Below are positions 1 to 14,061 of a DNA stretch of 64,000 bases, one piece after another. The first letter of the stretch is position 1, and every line of letters begins with the position of its first letter. The stretch lies in assembly GCA_002633005.1 (NCBI GenBank), contig NMRA01000535.1:197169-261168 (forward strand), given 5' to 3'. A model generated the notes under the pieces. That model made no database searches, was not told where the DNA came from, and worked only from the letters and a program-made list of their open reading frames with translations. The position numbers and the translations under genes are program-made. This DNA comes from Phoronis australis (lineage: Eukaryota > Animalia > Phoronida).

Positions 1-49
1 CCCCCCGTCTACACACAGTATCTCTCCCTCCCACACACTCTCTACTCAC

Positions 50-173
50 CGTAATGATGCAGTAGGGAATGTTATTCTTGCACTCTGGACACACCAGTTC
101 AGTGTCAGTCAGCTCAAAGTTACAATATGGACACGCTGTAGCACCCTCCTCTTCCTCTGACTTGTCCGGCTTC
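50..173 (-). CDS. WDR19: WDR19 exon 30 (Cys-rich Zn-binding region)
   Basis: tag|[41 protein letters not shown]|gtgagt, 124 nt. Confidence 0.96.
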
Positions 174-431
174 CTACAACAACATTTGGAAGTCTCACTA
201 AATCTGAATGAGCTCAAACATTGCAACGTTAATTTGCTGGATCCAAGTTTGGTGAGTAAGTTAAATTAAAGTTCAATTGATTATTTTGTGTGTTATACCT
301 TGAAGCAAATCATGATCCTTGACCCGCGTTATAATGAAACAAAAGTGCCATGTCCAAGCATTCTCGATCAATGATCATCAAAACTTAATGTACTATTGGA
401 TTGTAAACAAAAATGTCAACAATTCTGCTTA

Positions 432-585
432 GGGCTGTTCCAGCAAAAAACATATGGCAAGAGGGGAAGGCACTTTCATTTTTACCCACCGCCCATATGT
501 TTCTTTTATTTCTCTAACCCACCACCCATAATTATTAATTACGTAAAATATAAAATGCAACCACCCATATTTTTAAAATAGGCTT
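432..585. mobile_element. Degenerate Harbinger-like MITE
   Basis: tta|GGGCTGTTCCA left end, AAATAGGCT right-end remnant, internal CCACCCAT repeats. Confidence 0.4.
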
Positions 586-741
586 GAATTATACATGGTA
601 ATGTGCATGTTAGGTATTATTATGTTCAGATATCTTCAGTGTTTCATGAGCTCACAACGGTCCAGTAGACACAACATCAGCTCCCTCCCAGACAAGGTAA
701 AATTTAACATTCCCACATGTTTCAGTGAATAGCAATTAATG

Positions 742-1519
742 AACAAGAATGTTGGTATGCGCCCTTTAGGTGCAATGCAAATGGCATACGCCACAGTAAA
801 CAAATTGCCTCTAGGACACACATCATGTGTGAAGATTGACTAACAAGAACAAACTGTCTTGTCGAATATTGTCGAAAACTAAAGCAGCCAAGGGGGCGGT
901 TAAATCAAAACAAAAATTGACTGCTCAGTGTCAGCACATCCATCTTCCTGCCAAGTGTTTTTGTCAAATACTATAATGGCCCACAGGGGGTGTTATGGTA
1001 GCAAAATCTGTCCGAAAACCAGTGCAATCCCGCCATCTATCTCACTGCATGCAAATGTCATCACAATACGTATTAAAGCAGTTTCAAGATAATTGTCGAA
1101 CAAGGAATGACTTGTGCTGTCGAAAATTAAGAAGGGGTGCCACAGTAGCTGAATCCATATAAAAATTGACTGGTGCCAGCGCATTCTCACCATATACCTC
1201 TGTATTGAATTTCATGATTCGTCAAGCAGTTTTTGAGATAATCGACGCACATGGAATGGCTTGTGGAAAACTAAAACAGCCAAAATGGGGTACAACAGTA
1301 GCCAAATCCGTTCGAAATTCGACTGGTGCTGGCGCATCCCTGACAAGTACCTCTATACCAAATTTCATCACAATCTGCCAGGCAGTTCTTGAGATAATTG
1401 ACAGACAAGAAATGACGACAGACAGACCAACCAACGTATAGACCCATGGACAGACGGATGGACGGACGAAGGTATGGCGACTATATGCGACCACAAAAGT
1501 TTTTGTAGGTGCATAAAAA
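742..1519 (-). mobile_element. Helentron/DINE-1-like (HINE) non-autonomous element
   Basis: Terminal hairpin TATGCGACCACAAAA..TTTTGTAGGTGCATA plus A-run, GACA/GACG microsatellite, ~145-bp internal tandem units, AACAAG end. Confidence 0.6.
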
Positions 1520-2527
1520 TTCCAAGTGAAAGCACAATTTGTGTCCGTTACTAGAAACTTGCTTTTCGAAGACACCAGTGAGCAGTACCTCAAGAAGCTA
1601 CCAGGTGTCTCTCCACAAGGTGTGTGTAATTTCAATAATATTTTTTCAATTTCATGAATCTATGAATCTCAAATGTTTCTCCATGAATGCTTTTGGGCTG
1701 TTACGCCAAGTGAATACTGAATTTTGTCTATACTAACTCCTCGTAATTTTTCATTAGATTTTCTTAGATCTGTTAACACCAGTTTAGTGTTGCAGCAACT
1801 TTCATTGTAGTATGGCAATCAAGCTGTGACTTGAGTAATGGCATAGTGTACATACTGGACACCTATACACCAGTAATATGGGCTTGCCTTGGTGCATTTG
1901 GATATTTTGGGTATCTGCCAAGAGAACTGTTGGTGAGTTTTGAAATTTCTTCAGAGGGTATTGAGGTCGGTGCTTGGCTGAAAATACCCACTTGTCAAGA
2001 TTTACTGGACAAAAACACAACCGACTCTTAATGATATACTTCTTTCAAGGACCAGCCATGATTAAAAGACAACCATCCATAATTTTCATTTCGACTGCCC
2101 TGGCTCCCCCTCCCATACATAATTTTGGAAACTTCAAAGCACCTTAGTCTTCTCCTTGTTTGAGATTAGTGAAAAAGATCTGATTGTTAATACAAGATGT
2201 AAAGCCTATATCAGCAGACACACACGCAAGTTAACTTAGGTTAAACATATCATTGACCCAATACATGTCGACTCATCAGATAATTCAAGTCAGGCCTAAC
2301 TGCCAAACAACCATAATCAATGAAGAGCTGGTTACTAATACTTACATTTAAAAATGTAATCATTAATAAGTTTACCAGCTCATCACCCATCTCATGTAAA
2401 TATTAATAAGTATACCAGCTCAACACCTAGTCACTTACAGGGGTCCTGCATTTTGAAAACCATTTATCTCTCATGAGTATCAATCTGCTCCTCAGAATGC
2501 AGGGATGTGTAAGTGACTATAGCCCAC

Positions 2528-2678
2528 CTCACAATAGACTCTATCTTCTTCTTGTACTTGACGTCCACCTGGTTTCTGTATTCCGGTCTCATCAACATGG
2601 CCGCGTAGCTGAACGCAGAATTACGCAGACCAGACCTGTGACACTCAATGACAGTTGATGTCAGAATGGGAACAATAT
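2528..2678 (-). CDS. WDR19: WDR19 exon 29
   Basis: cag|[34 protein letters not shown]...KKKIESIV|gtgggc, 151 nt. Confidence 0.97.
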
Positions 2679-3106
2679 CTGAAAATAGGGAAAAATCTGT
2701 CAGTTGAAGCAACAAATGGGGGTAAATCTGTCTATTGCTGTATCAAATGAATACAATTCGTCATGTCTTTTTGTTTTCATATTTCTTTATTTTCCGAGCC
2801 ATGTTAGGATGATACAAAAACATAAATAATCTTGAAATTATTTGGCTGAATCTTAAAAGTTTGTCAACACAGAAAAAGAAATTTTCCAGTAATCGTGACA
2901 ATCTTGTTACAGAATCCCCAGTTACAAAACTAATCAGTCATCTTGAAAGACCCCACTTTTATAACGTGGAGAATTGTGAAGTTTACTTTCAAGAAATAGT
3001 TTACAAGCTAACAAGGTGTGCCTGACTTTTGAATTGTAAATAAACCAGCATTAAAGATCTGAAGTTTAATTACTGAGTACAACAGGGACTGCAAGTCAAA
3101 ACTCAC

Positions 3107-3188
3107 GTGACGGGAATTTACTGATGTTATTAGCCACCCTGATCAACATACGAGCTCCCTTCATGTGGTCCCCTCGCTTGACATGGAT
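3107..3188 (-). CDS. WDR19: WDR19 exon 28
   Basis: cag|[27 protein letters not shown]|gtgagt, 82 nt. Confidence 0.97.
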
Positions 3189-3482
3189 CTGAAATGAAAT
3201 ATGCCTCTCAGTCATAAAACACACCCGGTCTGGTTTGCTTAATTCAAAATTTCATCTAACTTGACATCAGAAGAAAACCACAAGTTGTGAGCTTTTTACT
3301 TTTCTCCACAGTTTTGTCTATGACAGTAATTATGCAAGATTTTTAGTCACTTTTTGAAAAGTATAAACAATGTATCTTAAGTAACTCATATTAACATTTA
3401 CAATTAATAACAAGACAATCTAGATGAACTGGGTAATGTTCAAAAACAAGCCACATTCCTACAGCCTCGTCTCCACCATTAC

Positions 3483-3607
3483 CTTCACTAATATGTAGCT
3501 GTGTAGGATCATGAGATTCGATGCCATCTCAGCAGGGATCTTGATCTTGCGTTGCTTCAGCTCCTGGTACATGCTGAACAGCACGTCGTGGGCATTGCGG
3601 TAGTTAC
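3483..3607 (-). CDS. WDR19: WDR19 exon 27
   Basis: cag|[17 protein letters not shown]...[11 protein letters not shown]|gtaatg, 125 nt. Confidence 0.97.
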
Positions 3608-3832
3608 CTGAAATACAGCCACACATCATAAATACAGCCACACATCATACAGGTTCAAGGCATTATCCATTTCAACTAAGTGGTAAACTAACTTATCCTT
3701 GACCAAGTCATTATTTGTACTACAGCACCCTGCACAATACTGCGAACCTTACTCACAATGCTATGCATCTATAGGGAGCTTGGATCATAGCTGTAAACTG
3801 CTGCCATGCTAATCACTATTTTACATTACAAG

Positions 3833-4436
3833 AACAAGACCAGTGTTGAAATGTGCCTACGATATCACTGCCAATGGTGTTCTTCTATGGGACGGTGTTT
3901 TCAGTATAATCATAAAAATGGCCATTAGACGGCGAACAATGCCCAAACCCATCTAAATTGAGAAGATGTCGTTGTCTCTGTAAATTTCATGAAAATAAGC
4001 CAAGGAACTCACGAGATATAGAGATGAATGTAAAAAAACAATTGACAATAGGGGGCACAACCATAGTCTGATTGGTCTGAAACTCATCGTCATCTGTTGC
4101 CATCCCTGTAGAAGCCCATCTACCAAATTTCGCAAAGATCCTTCAAAGGTTAAGGAGAAAAATCCGTAGATGCAAAACCATCCAAAAATCAACATCAGCC
4201 AGGGTCTTTGCATCAGGAACACAACCTTCAATTTTCATTATTGTCCATTGAGTGGTTTGGCAGATAGAGAGGCAGATATCAAAAACATACATGAAAATTT
4301 TTAAATGGTCACCAGGTTGCACAGAAAACATCAAATCTGTCCGAAAATGGAAAGTCGTCGTCTCCTTCATAGAAACCTATTTGCGTATTTCAATGCCCAG
4401 AGATGACGGCAATATGCACCCATGGGCGCATAAAAA
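3833..4436 (-). mobile_element. HINE-like element, shorter copy
   Basis: Homologous to 27663 and 44830 copies (ttgaaatgtgcc..., ggccattagacggcg, aaatttcatgaaaa); ends TATGCACCCATGGGCGCATAAAAA. Confidence 0.6.
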
Positions 4437-5192
4437 TTGGTCATTTTCATTCAAATAACTAGGTTTTACCTTGCACAGAATTGCAATTCAGAGAGAGAAA
4501 ATTTTGAAAAGCTGAGTTAGGGGTGACAGAAGTTTCTTCAATTATCAGACTAGAATCAGAAGTGTGTTAGCTGCTCTACATTTCAAAAATTAAATCAGTA
4601 ATAAAATGTGTTTCTAACGTAGTCTATGTAAATGAAAAGTGATGATTTCGAAATGTGACAACTACATCACACTTAGTGAACCATCACGGATGTGAATCCA
4701 GCAAGGGATTGTGGAGTCTGATCCCCTTACCCTGGATACTTTTTACTCGAGGACTATTAGTGATCCCCATGTCTGCCAGACCCCTTTGATCCACCTCCAA
4801 GCCTGCACCACCAAAGACAGACATATCACATATCACCAATTTTGGACAAAATAATTGTCAAAATTGTTCTTATGTAATTTTCAAAAGCTTCTAACATTTT
4901 TCCAAATGTCCACAATGTGTCAGAATCCTCATCTAATGATATAGCATTCATTTACTGCTACTTATCTGTTATGAAAACAATGACAAAATAAAATGGTCAC
5001 TTGTCGGCCATATTATGTCCTAAACTGGTGACATGTTACCATAACTCCACAAAACAGATTGATCATTGCTGACTATACCATAAAAAGAGCCCTAAAAATA
5101 AATTACACACTCATGACATAGAACGAAAAATGGAATTCTGCTATTCAGAAAGGCAGTTGATGAGTACTACATTTTCATGACAACATACTGAC

Positions 5193-5289
5193 CAGCATTC
5201 TGCTCCTCTCTGGCTATGATGATTGCAGTTCGAGCAGCCTCCCTGTACTGCTTCAGAGCCATGTACAGTCGAAACAGGTACTTGGCATC
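5193..5289 (-). CDS. WDR19: WDR19 exon 26
   Basis: cag|[32 protein letters not shown]|gtcagt, 97 nt. Confidence 0.97.
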
Positions 5290-7790
5290 CTGGAACCACC
5301 AATAGGATTAATGTTAATTGTAAAAGCAAAATGACTTCTCTGACTCATAAAAAAAGCTAACGACGACTGAACTTATCACAACTGAGATAGAACAACGACT
5401 GACTCGACAGCTCTCACAATGAGACTATATAAAATGAAATTCGCGCGAAATTCTTGCCTCCCAAAACGTCACTTCCGGAGTAGAGAACAAATAATTAATT
5501 AAATTACGAAAAGCTGTAATTAAGTGAAAAATATGTCTGGGATAACCAACAAATCTTATTTTTGCTAAAAAATAACATGAAAAAACATTGCTTTTGCCTT
5601 TAAGCCTTTTACAAACAAAGGCTTATAAAAAACACTTGTACATCCGATCGCCACGTTACTATAAACTGATTCAAAAAGTCCTCTTTACTCGCAACAATTA
5701 TTTTCTTGTGGAAAGATGTCATACTTCCAAATACATCGCACCAGTAGGAATTACCAATTAGACTGAACTTCGACTTAAAGTCATCTCCAAATGAAGCAAA
5801 ATTCTTTAATAACGCAGGACTTTCAAGATATCTATGGGCCATGGCGATTTTTAAAGCTTTGCTGAAAGTATGCATCTTAACCATTTGAAGTCCCCCTTGA
5901 TCAAGTCCTAAACAGGCTGTAGTTCGTTTAATTTTATCATTACGAGCCTGCCATACAAATCTAAAAAATGTCGTATTCAATTCGTCCAAGACTTTTACTG
6001 GTGGATTTGGTAAACTTGACAACAAAAAATTAAGTTTAGAAATAGCTAATGTTTTAGTTACAGTTACTCTATCAAACAGCGTTAAATTTCATCACCTCCA
6101 ACTTAATCTCAGTTATTCTTGCAGTTAAGTTCTTATGCATCATACTATCCAACTGAGTGTCAAAATCCACCCCCAAAAATCTAAAAGACTTTTTTGTCCA
6201 AGAGAGACTTTTTTGCAGTAATCACATGGTCTATACCAGTTTTACTTCCAAACCATATGGCTTTTGTTTTATCCACATTCACTTGGAGACCGGAGACACT
6301 AGCAAACAAATGTAGTACCTTCAATGTGCTAGTCAATGACAAATTTGACCCATCCAATGTAATTGATGTGTTATCCGCATATTGCGAAATCAAATATTCC
6401 TCATTTCCTGCAACTACAAGTCCAGCAATATTTTTATTATTCTAGATTACATACGCCAAAATCTCCGCGCACAATATGAAAATGTCGGGAGACAAAGGAT
6501 CACCTTGTCTGTAGCCACACGAAATATTGAACCAAGAAGTCGGGTGATCATTTACGACAACACAGGACTTAATATTACTGTAAAATACTTTTTCACCCAC
6601 CTTCTGATTGACCAACAAAAATTAAATATAAACTTTTTGAATAAAATTCCATGACAATGAATCAAATGCTTTCTCAAAATCAATCAGTAAAAGCAATCCT
6701 GGTTTGTTAGCTGCCTGGGCATAAAACATTCAATCATATAGCAAGTGGATATTTTCGTTCATATTTCTTCCAGAAACGAAACCAGTCTGGTCCTTACTGA
6801 TTTGTTTTCCCAAAACGGATTTTAAGCGTTCAGCCACAGCCGAAGAAGCCAATTTGTATGTCACATTGAGTAAGGATATGGGTCTCCAGTTTTTCAAATA
6901 ATATTTACTTCTATCTGCTGCCTTAGGGATGCAGGTAATCACTCCCTCTTTCTGTGTTGATGATAACTGGCCAACAGCAAAACCAATATTAAGTGAGCGA
7001 ACAACAAAATGTCCAATGCCAGCCCAAAAAATTTTAAAAATTCCACTGAAAAACCATCAGAGCCTGGGCTCTTGTTGTTTTTCATTTTTTCAAGCATTGT
7101 GTGACTTCTTCATATGTAAGAAGTCAACCTTCTAATTTTTCTTTTTCTGTCTCATTCAGTTTAGAGACACCAACCTTATGAAGAAGAGTTTCGAAAGCAG
7201 TATTGCTAGAATGTCTATATTTGTATAGATTTTCATAAAAAGTTTTGGCTTCCTGAATAACCTCTTCTTCACTATTGGTTTAAGTATTGTCACATTTTCA
7301 CAAAAAGGCATAAACTTACTTGTGTAATGCCTATTCTCCAAGTGGAGAAAATATTTGGAAGGTTTTCACCCTCTTCAATCCATCTTGCTCTCGACCTAGT
7401 CATAAGACCTCTCAACTTATTTTGCCTTAGCTCGGCAAGTCGATTATTTTTTTGTTCCAGTAGTTCATTATCAAGGCTTAGACTTTTTCCAACAAGCTTA
7501 TTTCTTCGATAAGTTGCTGTTCAGCTCTATCACTTTTTCTTTTTAAGTAAGTAGCAAAGGAAATTGTTTTGCCGCAAATCTCCATCAACAACGTTTCAAG
7601 AAAAAGTTGATCATTTATAGACAATAGAGTAAATCTGAATTATTTGTACTATCAACTGTCTGAATGTCGTCAGTCATATACTGTTGTTTAACCAATTTAA
7701 TAGACTAAGTATCGTTGACTGCAGCAATATACTCAGAGTTTTGTTAGGAGAGAGTTATTAAACTTCCAAAAAGATTTCCTCCTCCTGGAA

Positions 7791-8995
7791 CAGGGCTCGA
7801 CGGTATTAAAATCGCCAGGTCGCATTTTGCGACCTAGCCAAAATGCCAGGTCGCATTTTCAAAATCCAGCTCGCATTCCTAAATGCCAGGCCGCAAAATT
7901 TTCCCGCAATTTTTATGCGGCAAAATAGAATTTTTAGATCATCGAGAAAATGTTTAGATTATGCTCTTACCTGCAGCGTTAAATACTCACAAATTTCGGA
8001 TCTCAAAATTGACTTCATTCATGCAGGTACGGCCTTACTGTTCTTCACGACCGCCATTGAAAGACTCTAGAGCACAAGGAAAGTTGCCGACGTGAAAGTT
8101 GTATCAGTGCTCTCTTACTGACTTGTGCATTCGAGTTGCTAAATTTGCGATGTGAAAAGGGAGAAAATGCCCGTTTAAGTATCCGGGATTTTGTTAGATC
8201 TGGCCTGCTACTGGCTGTCATCAAAGTCGTTAATGATTCAAACTAACTCGGGTAATGGCGAGTTTGCTTCTCAATACCTTCCAAGTACGGGAAAAATAGG
8301 TTAGTCACAAAACGACACGCATGTCACTAGTGTTAACTTTCTTTCCGAGATATAAAACAAAGCCGGGATTTGGTTTTTACATATTGTGAAAACACGTTTT
8401 TGAAAACTGAATTTGTGTAAAATGAAAGTGACACACCACATAAGCTGCGTGTCAATTTTAAACCACACGCAGTCGTTTGTAGTGCGCTATGATGGGCGCT
8501 AGCTTGAACTGTGGGCGCTTAATTGGAAATTTTCAACATTTAAGAGGGGACTTTTAATAGATCAGTGAGCGCTTATTATGAAACACTTTAAAGGTAGGGA
8601 GTTGGCTTGTGCGTGAGCATAGTCGTTAACCTCAGTGTTTGCGGTAATAAGATATTAAAACGCTGCAATGGTAAGAAACGTTATAATACTGCGATTTTGC
8701 GAGACAAACTCCATCTAGTGGGGTATCGTTACCACCTACATTGTACCCTTTTTAGCCACCCGGAATGGTTTTGTTTTTAACTGCCCGCTTCAGCCGGAAC
8801 AAAGTTGTTTCTATAGGAGTCTGAGCATTTTGCGGCGACGGTGGTTCGGGGAGCGAAAAGTTGCCGGGGGTGTATGAAAAGTTCGCTAACTTGACCCACA
8901 ATTTCGCATCTAGTGCCAGTTTAGTTGCAATAGCTGACTACGGGCATAGAATACAGGGTTTACAGAACATCGACCTCGGGAAACATCGGAACAGG
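7791..8995. mobile_element. Non-autonomous CAGGGCTCGA-TIR (hAT-like) element, copy 1; other end lies in the gap
   Basis: Aligns in reverse orientation with ~20340-21780 of copy 2, with a ~240-bp deletion. Inserted between the LINE EN and linker motifs. Confidence 0.85.
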
Positions 8996-9397
8996 NNNNN
9001 NNNNNNNNNNNNNNNNNNNNNNNNNNNNNNNNNNNNNNNNNNNNNNNNNNNNNNNNNNNNNNNNNNNNNNNNNNNNNNNNNNNNNNNNNNNNNNNNNNNN
9101 NNNNNNNNNNNNNNNNNNNNNNNNNNNNNNNNNNNNNNNNNNNNNNNNNNNNNNNNNNNNNNNNNNNNNNNNNNNNNNNNNNNNNNNNNNNNNNNNNNNN
9201 NNNNNNNNNNNNNNNNNNNNNNNNNNNNNNNNNNNNNNNNNNNNNNNNNNNNNNNNNNNNNNNNNNNNNNNNNNNNNNNNNNNNNNNNNNNNNNNNNNNN
9301 NNNNNNNNNNNNNNNNNNNNNNNNNNNNNNNNNNNNNNNNNNNNNNNNNNNNNNNNNNNNNNNNNNNNNNNNNNNNNNNNNNNNNNNNNNNNNNNNN
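8996..9397. other. Assembly gap (402 N)
   Basis: Run of N; single-N joins also at 12381, 14216, 35571 and 52383. Confidence 0.99.
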
Positions 9398-10590
9398 AAA
9401 AAAACATTACCATTGAATGATCGGACCTGCAACCGAGTTCTATTATGGAGTCGTCAATATCGGCTAAAAGGTTTATTCAGAAATTAGAAAAAAATCTAGT
9501 CTGGATCCTTTACTTACAGCTCCCCAAGTGTATTCTTTATTATTGGGGTTTAGTTCCTGCCAGACATCAACAATAGACAATTCTGTACAAATCTCCATCA
9601 ACTTAATCCGTGACTTCGGGTTATTAACCTGTCTATAATTAAGAGTGTCCTTAGACTGATCGAGAGCAAGATTAAAATTGCCTGCCCAAATAACAGAGTA
9701 ATTTCCTATATCTTGAATATCTTGTTTTATTCTTTTTGATAATGAGACTATAATAAAAAACATTTAGAAACATTACCCATACGGTTCTCATACAAAAAAA
9801 CAAGTAGAACGAAATTTAAGGATAACTACATTTCAATAAAGTGACTTGGCTCCATAGTATGCGTCTGGTACTTGTCGGGAGACCCACACTGAGCAAACAG
9901 ATCACACACATATTTAAGTAATAACGTTGCCTGCACTCTGTGCCTACACCCAATACACAGCTTCTCATAAATAGATAGATTGCCCAGCATGAAGTTATAA
10001 CGCTTTGATCAAAATAGAACAAAATAGAACACAGCTACTTACAATAAAACCACGTGACAATGTTGCCACGAACTTTGACTGACATAACCTTAGTAGCAGG
10101 AATATGCTAGCTGTGAAGACGATATGTTGAGCACAACGGTTAAAACTATGCTATAACTTAAAGGAAAAAAGGCTTATCATATTATGTGTATGATTATCCT
10201 CTTGGATCTTCTTGTTATCAATGGTTATTCACAGACATGGGGTGCAATGAGACGCTTGAGACAAGAATCTTGCTTGTGGAAAAGAATTACTCCCATAACG
10301 CAAGGTTCCAAACTTGCCGCTAAATCAATTCACCGGAAAACACTTCCGTACCTATACCAGAAAGGTTTCCAGCTTAGACCCAAAACACTTGGCGTGTAAT
10401 TTTGCAAGACCTCGACACAGCCGCAAGTTACTCTATGAAACTCTGCTTCAATCAACAAATAAACAATTCAGTAAAGACTAAAATGGTAATTTTCAAAATA
10501 AACTTACAATAAAAGACTTTGATAAAACATAAATAAACATCTTGCCAGAATTATTTGGAAGTTTAGTTGAACTTTTGTCATAATAAAATA

Positions 10591-12038
10591 CCATATTCGC
10601 CCTAATAACCGCCCAGGGTGCTTAGAAAAATTCGTTTCAGGGGGGGCGCTTATTGTAACCCAAGGCAGTTGAAGCCCGGTCTCCGAAACAGGTGAAATCA
10701 CAAGCTAAGATTCATCATATTTACGCTCTGTGACGTATCTGTAATCTATGAAAGACTTTCTACAAAATTGTGGTGCATTGCTATCAAACTTTTCTGTTAA
10801 ATTACTATCATTTTAGAGCAATTTGAGCTGAAATCCCAGGGCAAAAACTCGCCGACTGAGTGCCTCGCAATCGTTGACATGGTGACTTGAATGCTTGAAT
10901 AAAAATACAGTTTTGACTCAAGCAAATTGCCTGAAATTCTCCTTAAGTTTTCCAAATAGCGTCCCTAAGATTTTTAAGTTCCCGTGGAGTCAGGATTAAT
11001 GGCAGGTTAAGTACAAATCTGTGCTACATTGTGTCATCTAAGATCGGCAACAAGAGAAAAATCTGGACGAACACACATGTTGTTGTCACTTGACGTTTGT
11101 TTTGAATTTCGTCTGCAGAGTTCATTTGCCCGAGTAAACACAATCTAACAAGCTAGATGTGCATTGTATCTAAATAAATTAGCACAAGCAGTAAGCCTAA
11201 AGCAGAATGTGTTTCATTCTGCACTTGCCAGTCTCATGTTCTAAAAACGTTCGACATTATTTGTCTCGCTAAGGCCCATATAAGACGCCGTGTGGCTGGA
11301 TGCGTACGTGACTATCTTGACAGCTATTTTTCGGTGTAAGGGTGAGTAAGCATTCAATGTCAGTGGTCGTTTTATCGGACATTTGGCTTAAAAGCACCAA
11401 TTATGATTAATCAAACAATACATCTTAAAAATAACGCAAACATCTTTATAGTATTGGAAACTGTCAGAAACTAGAGCCAATATTCATTTCTTGTCGATGC
11501 TATACTACCCGTTTCATGAATGAATGGTTCCCGGCTAATGTCTTTGATGACAGGTACATGTATGTAGCGCGCGCTTCCTGGCCACATGCTTTTAACACTG
11601 ACCAAGGTTTTTATTAGTCTTCGATTCACGGTTTTTACGTGTGCAAGGAAATTTGGATTCTTGTAGAGGGCGGGAAATATCTACAATACAATCCCATTGA
11701 CAAGTACGCTACGTCTGTTCTGAAAGGCTAGACCATAGTGGGGACACATTCCTCGAAAATTAGCAAAAATTATGAGTTCGTTTTGAGGCACGGCAGAAGT
11801 TTCAATTGTATAGTCACGGTTAAATACTGACATATTGGTGAGACTCGTGGTCTACAAATGATTTTTTTTCAGGACTGTCTCACATTATTGATAAATTGAA
11901 GACATTACTGTAGAATTTTAGGACTGTAGGTAAGGCATTTTTCGCACGTACATATTCATGGACTGGGCGCTTATTTTAGCAAAGAAAGCGCGTGGGGGGC
12001 ACTTATGGGGGCATGGGCAGTTATTAGGGCGAATACGG
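10591..12038. mobile_element. Non-autonomous Tc1/mariner(pogo)-type element, CCGTA terminus
   Basis: ta|CCATATTCGCCCTAATAACCGCCC ... GGGCAGTTATTAGGGCGAATACGG|ta; TA TSD; no ORF. Confidence 0.85.
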
Positions 12039-12096
12039 TAGAGTTAATCTAATGTAACATTATTGCACCTCACTGATAATTTTTTTCATACATTTA

Positions 12097-12380
12097 TTCA
12101 TCCATCTGTAACATTGTCAAGTAACTATGGTGACATAATTCATCCATCTGTAACATTGTCAAGTAACTATAGTGACATAATTCATCCATCTGTAACACTG
12201 TCAAGTAACTATAGTGACATAATTCATCAATCTGTAACACTGTCAAGTAACTATAGTGACATAATTCATCAATCTGTAACATTGTCAAGTAACTATGGTG
12301 ACATAATTCATCCATCTGTAACATTGTCAAGTAACTATAGTGACATAATTCATCCATCTGTAACATTGTCAAGTAACTAT
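12097..12380. repeat. Minisatellite, 42-bp unit, ~7 copies
   Basis: TTCATCCATCTGTAACATTGTCAAGTAACTATGGTGACATAA. Confidence 0.95.
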
Positions 12381-12381
12381 N

Positions 12382-13218
12382 ATCTGTAACTATGGTGACA
12401 TAATTCATCCATCTGTAACTATGGTGACATAATTCATCCATCTGTAACTATGGTGACATAATTCATCCATCTGTAACTATGGTGACATAATTCATCCATC
12501 TGTAACTATGGTGACATAATTCATCCATCTGTAACTATGGTGACATAATTCATCCATCTGTAACTATGGTGACATAATTCATCCATCTGTAACTATGGTG
12601 ACATAATTCATCCATCTGTAACTATGGTGACATAATTCATCCATCTGTAACTATGGTGACATAATTCATCCATCTGTAACTATGGTGACATAATTCATCC
12701 ATCTGTAACTATGGTGACATAATTCATCCATCTGTAACTATGGTGACATAATTCATCCATCTGTAACTATGGTGACATAATTCATCCATCTGTAACTATG
12801 GTGACATAATTCATCCATCTGTAACTATGGTGACATAATTCATCCATCTGTAACTATGGTGACATAATTCATCCATCTGTAACTATGGTGACATAATTCA
12901 TCCATCTGTAACTATGGTGACATAATTCATCCATCTGTAACTATGGTGACATAATTCATCCATCTGTAACTATGGTGACATAATTCATCCATCTGTAACT
13001 ATGGTGACATAATTCATCCATCTGTAACTATGGTGACATAATTCATCCATCTGTAACTATGGTGACATAATTCATCCATCTGTAACTATGGTGACATAAT
13101 TCATCCATCTGTAACTATGGTGACATAATTCATCCATCTGTAACTATGGTGACATAATTCATCCATCTGTAACTATGGTGACATAATTCATCCATCTGTA
13201 ACTATGGTGACATAATTC
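12382..13218. repeat. Minisatellite, 29-bp unit, ~29 identical copies
   Basis: ATCTGTAACTATGGTGACATAATTCATCC. Confidence 0.97.
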
Positions 13219-14061
13219 TCAATAGGCACTCATTCATTCAAGGAATCTAAATCTTAAGTTTTAACTCCATTAAATAAATAACAGAACCACAGGTGACCAT
13301 CTTGTATTGAATTCTGCGAGGTCACAATTGTTGGTAAAAATGTATTTTTCAGTTTTGAAGTATTCTAAAATCTCTGTCTTCATATGATCAAAACATGGGA
13401 AACGCTTCTGCAACCACTTGTTTATTTATGTGATGGCGTGTGCAGTGATTTGCCATAATTTAGACAACATGGAAGAAGCATCACCCGTTGAGATTTTGTC
13501 GAGATTTTGCAGGAGTTGAAATGAAAGAGATATTTGGTCAGAGATTTGTGTGATTTGTCAAATTTCGACAATGTTCAGTTTATTTTCAAAAATAATCACT
13601 CGTGAAAATCTTCCATCAATTATGTTGGGAAGCAGACTGAAGAGGTTACTGCTGCAGTAGATGGCCACATGACAGTACCGTTGACTACCGACTGAAGTGT
13701 CTTTCATTTTTACAAATTTTTACACAATTACGAGTTGAAAGTGGAATAGATTACATAATATTCCACTCAATATTTTTCCATGGAACGAGGAACCAGCGTC
13801 TGTGTTGCACACGATACAATATTTTATCAAAAAATAGTGAGACAAAAGTAATAGACTTGCACCAAATGTTATGTTTGGGACCTGATTGTGTGTTGGCTAT
13901 CATTTACACTTGATTACTTAGAACTATTTTGGGAAAGTATGATGATCGAGGTGGCTAGGGAAGTCGAGTCAATATTGATTGTGCTACTTTCTGTAATTTC
14001 CATGTAAAGAGGGCACTGTTAAAAGTAGTTCCAGGAGTGCAATGGGGATAAAAATACCTGG

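Larger units (their letters stand above)
5609..9780 (-). mobile_element. Degenerate L1/Tx1-clade LINE ORF2 (APE endonuclease + RT), split by a DNA-transposon insertion and the N gap
   Basis: EN motifs WAGNFN, DVW..LNP..YTW, SRLDFFLIS, RSDH (~9420); WKFNNSLL (~7760); RT motifs NWRPISLLNVTYK, QTGFVSGR, LIDFEKAFDS, QYADN, SGLQVN..KT, GGLQM. Many frameshifts. Confidence 0.92.

Noticed and set aside
5320-5603. Possible Kolobok-like MITE ending CCTTTAA; similar lone TTAA-AGG/CCT-TTAA ends near 29120, 30166, 35090 and 61473
   Set aside because: I could not match both ends convincingly.
8861-9487. Long ORFs of 164-208 aa
   Set aside because: Artefacts of translating through the N gap.
12097-13218. 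CRISPR-like look of the 29-49-bp repeat arrays (also 15239, 33941, 39112)
   Set aside because: Units are head-to-tail with no unique spacers, there are no cas genes, and the context is a eukaryotic intron.
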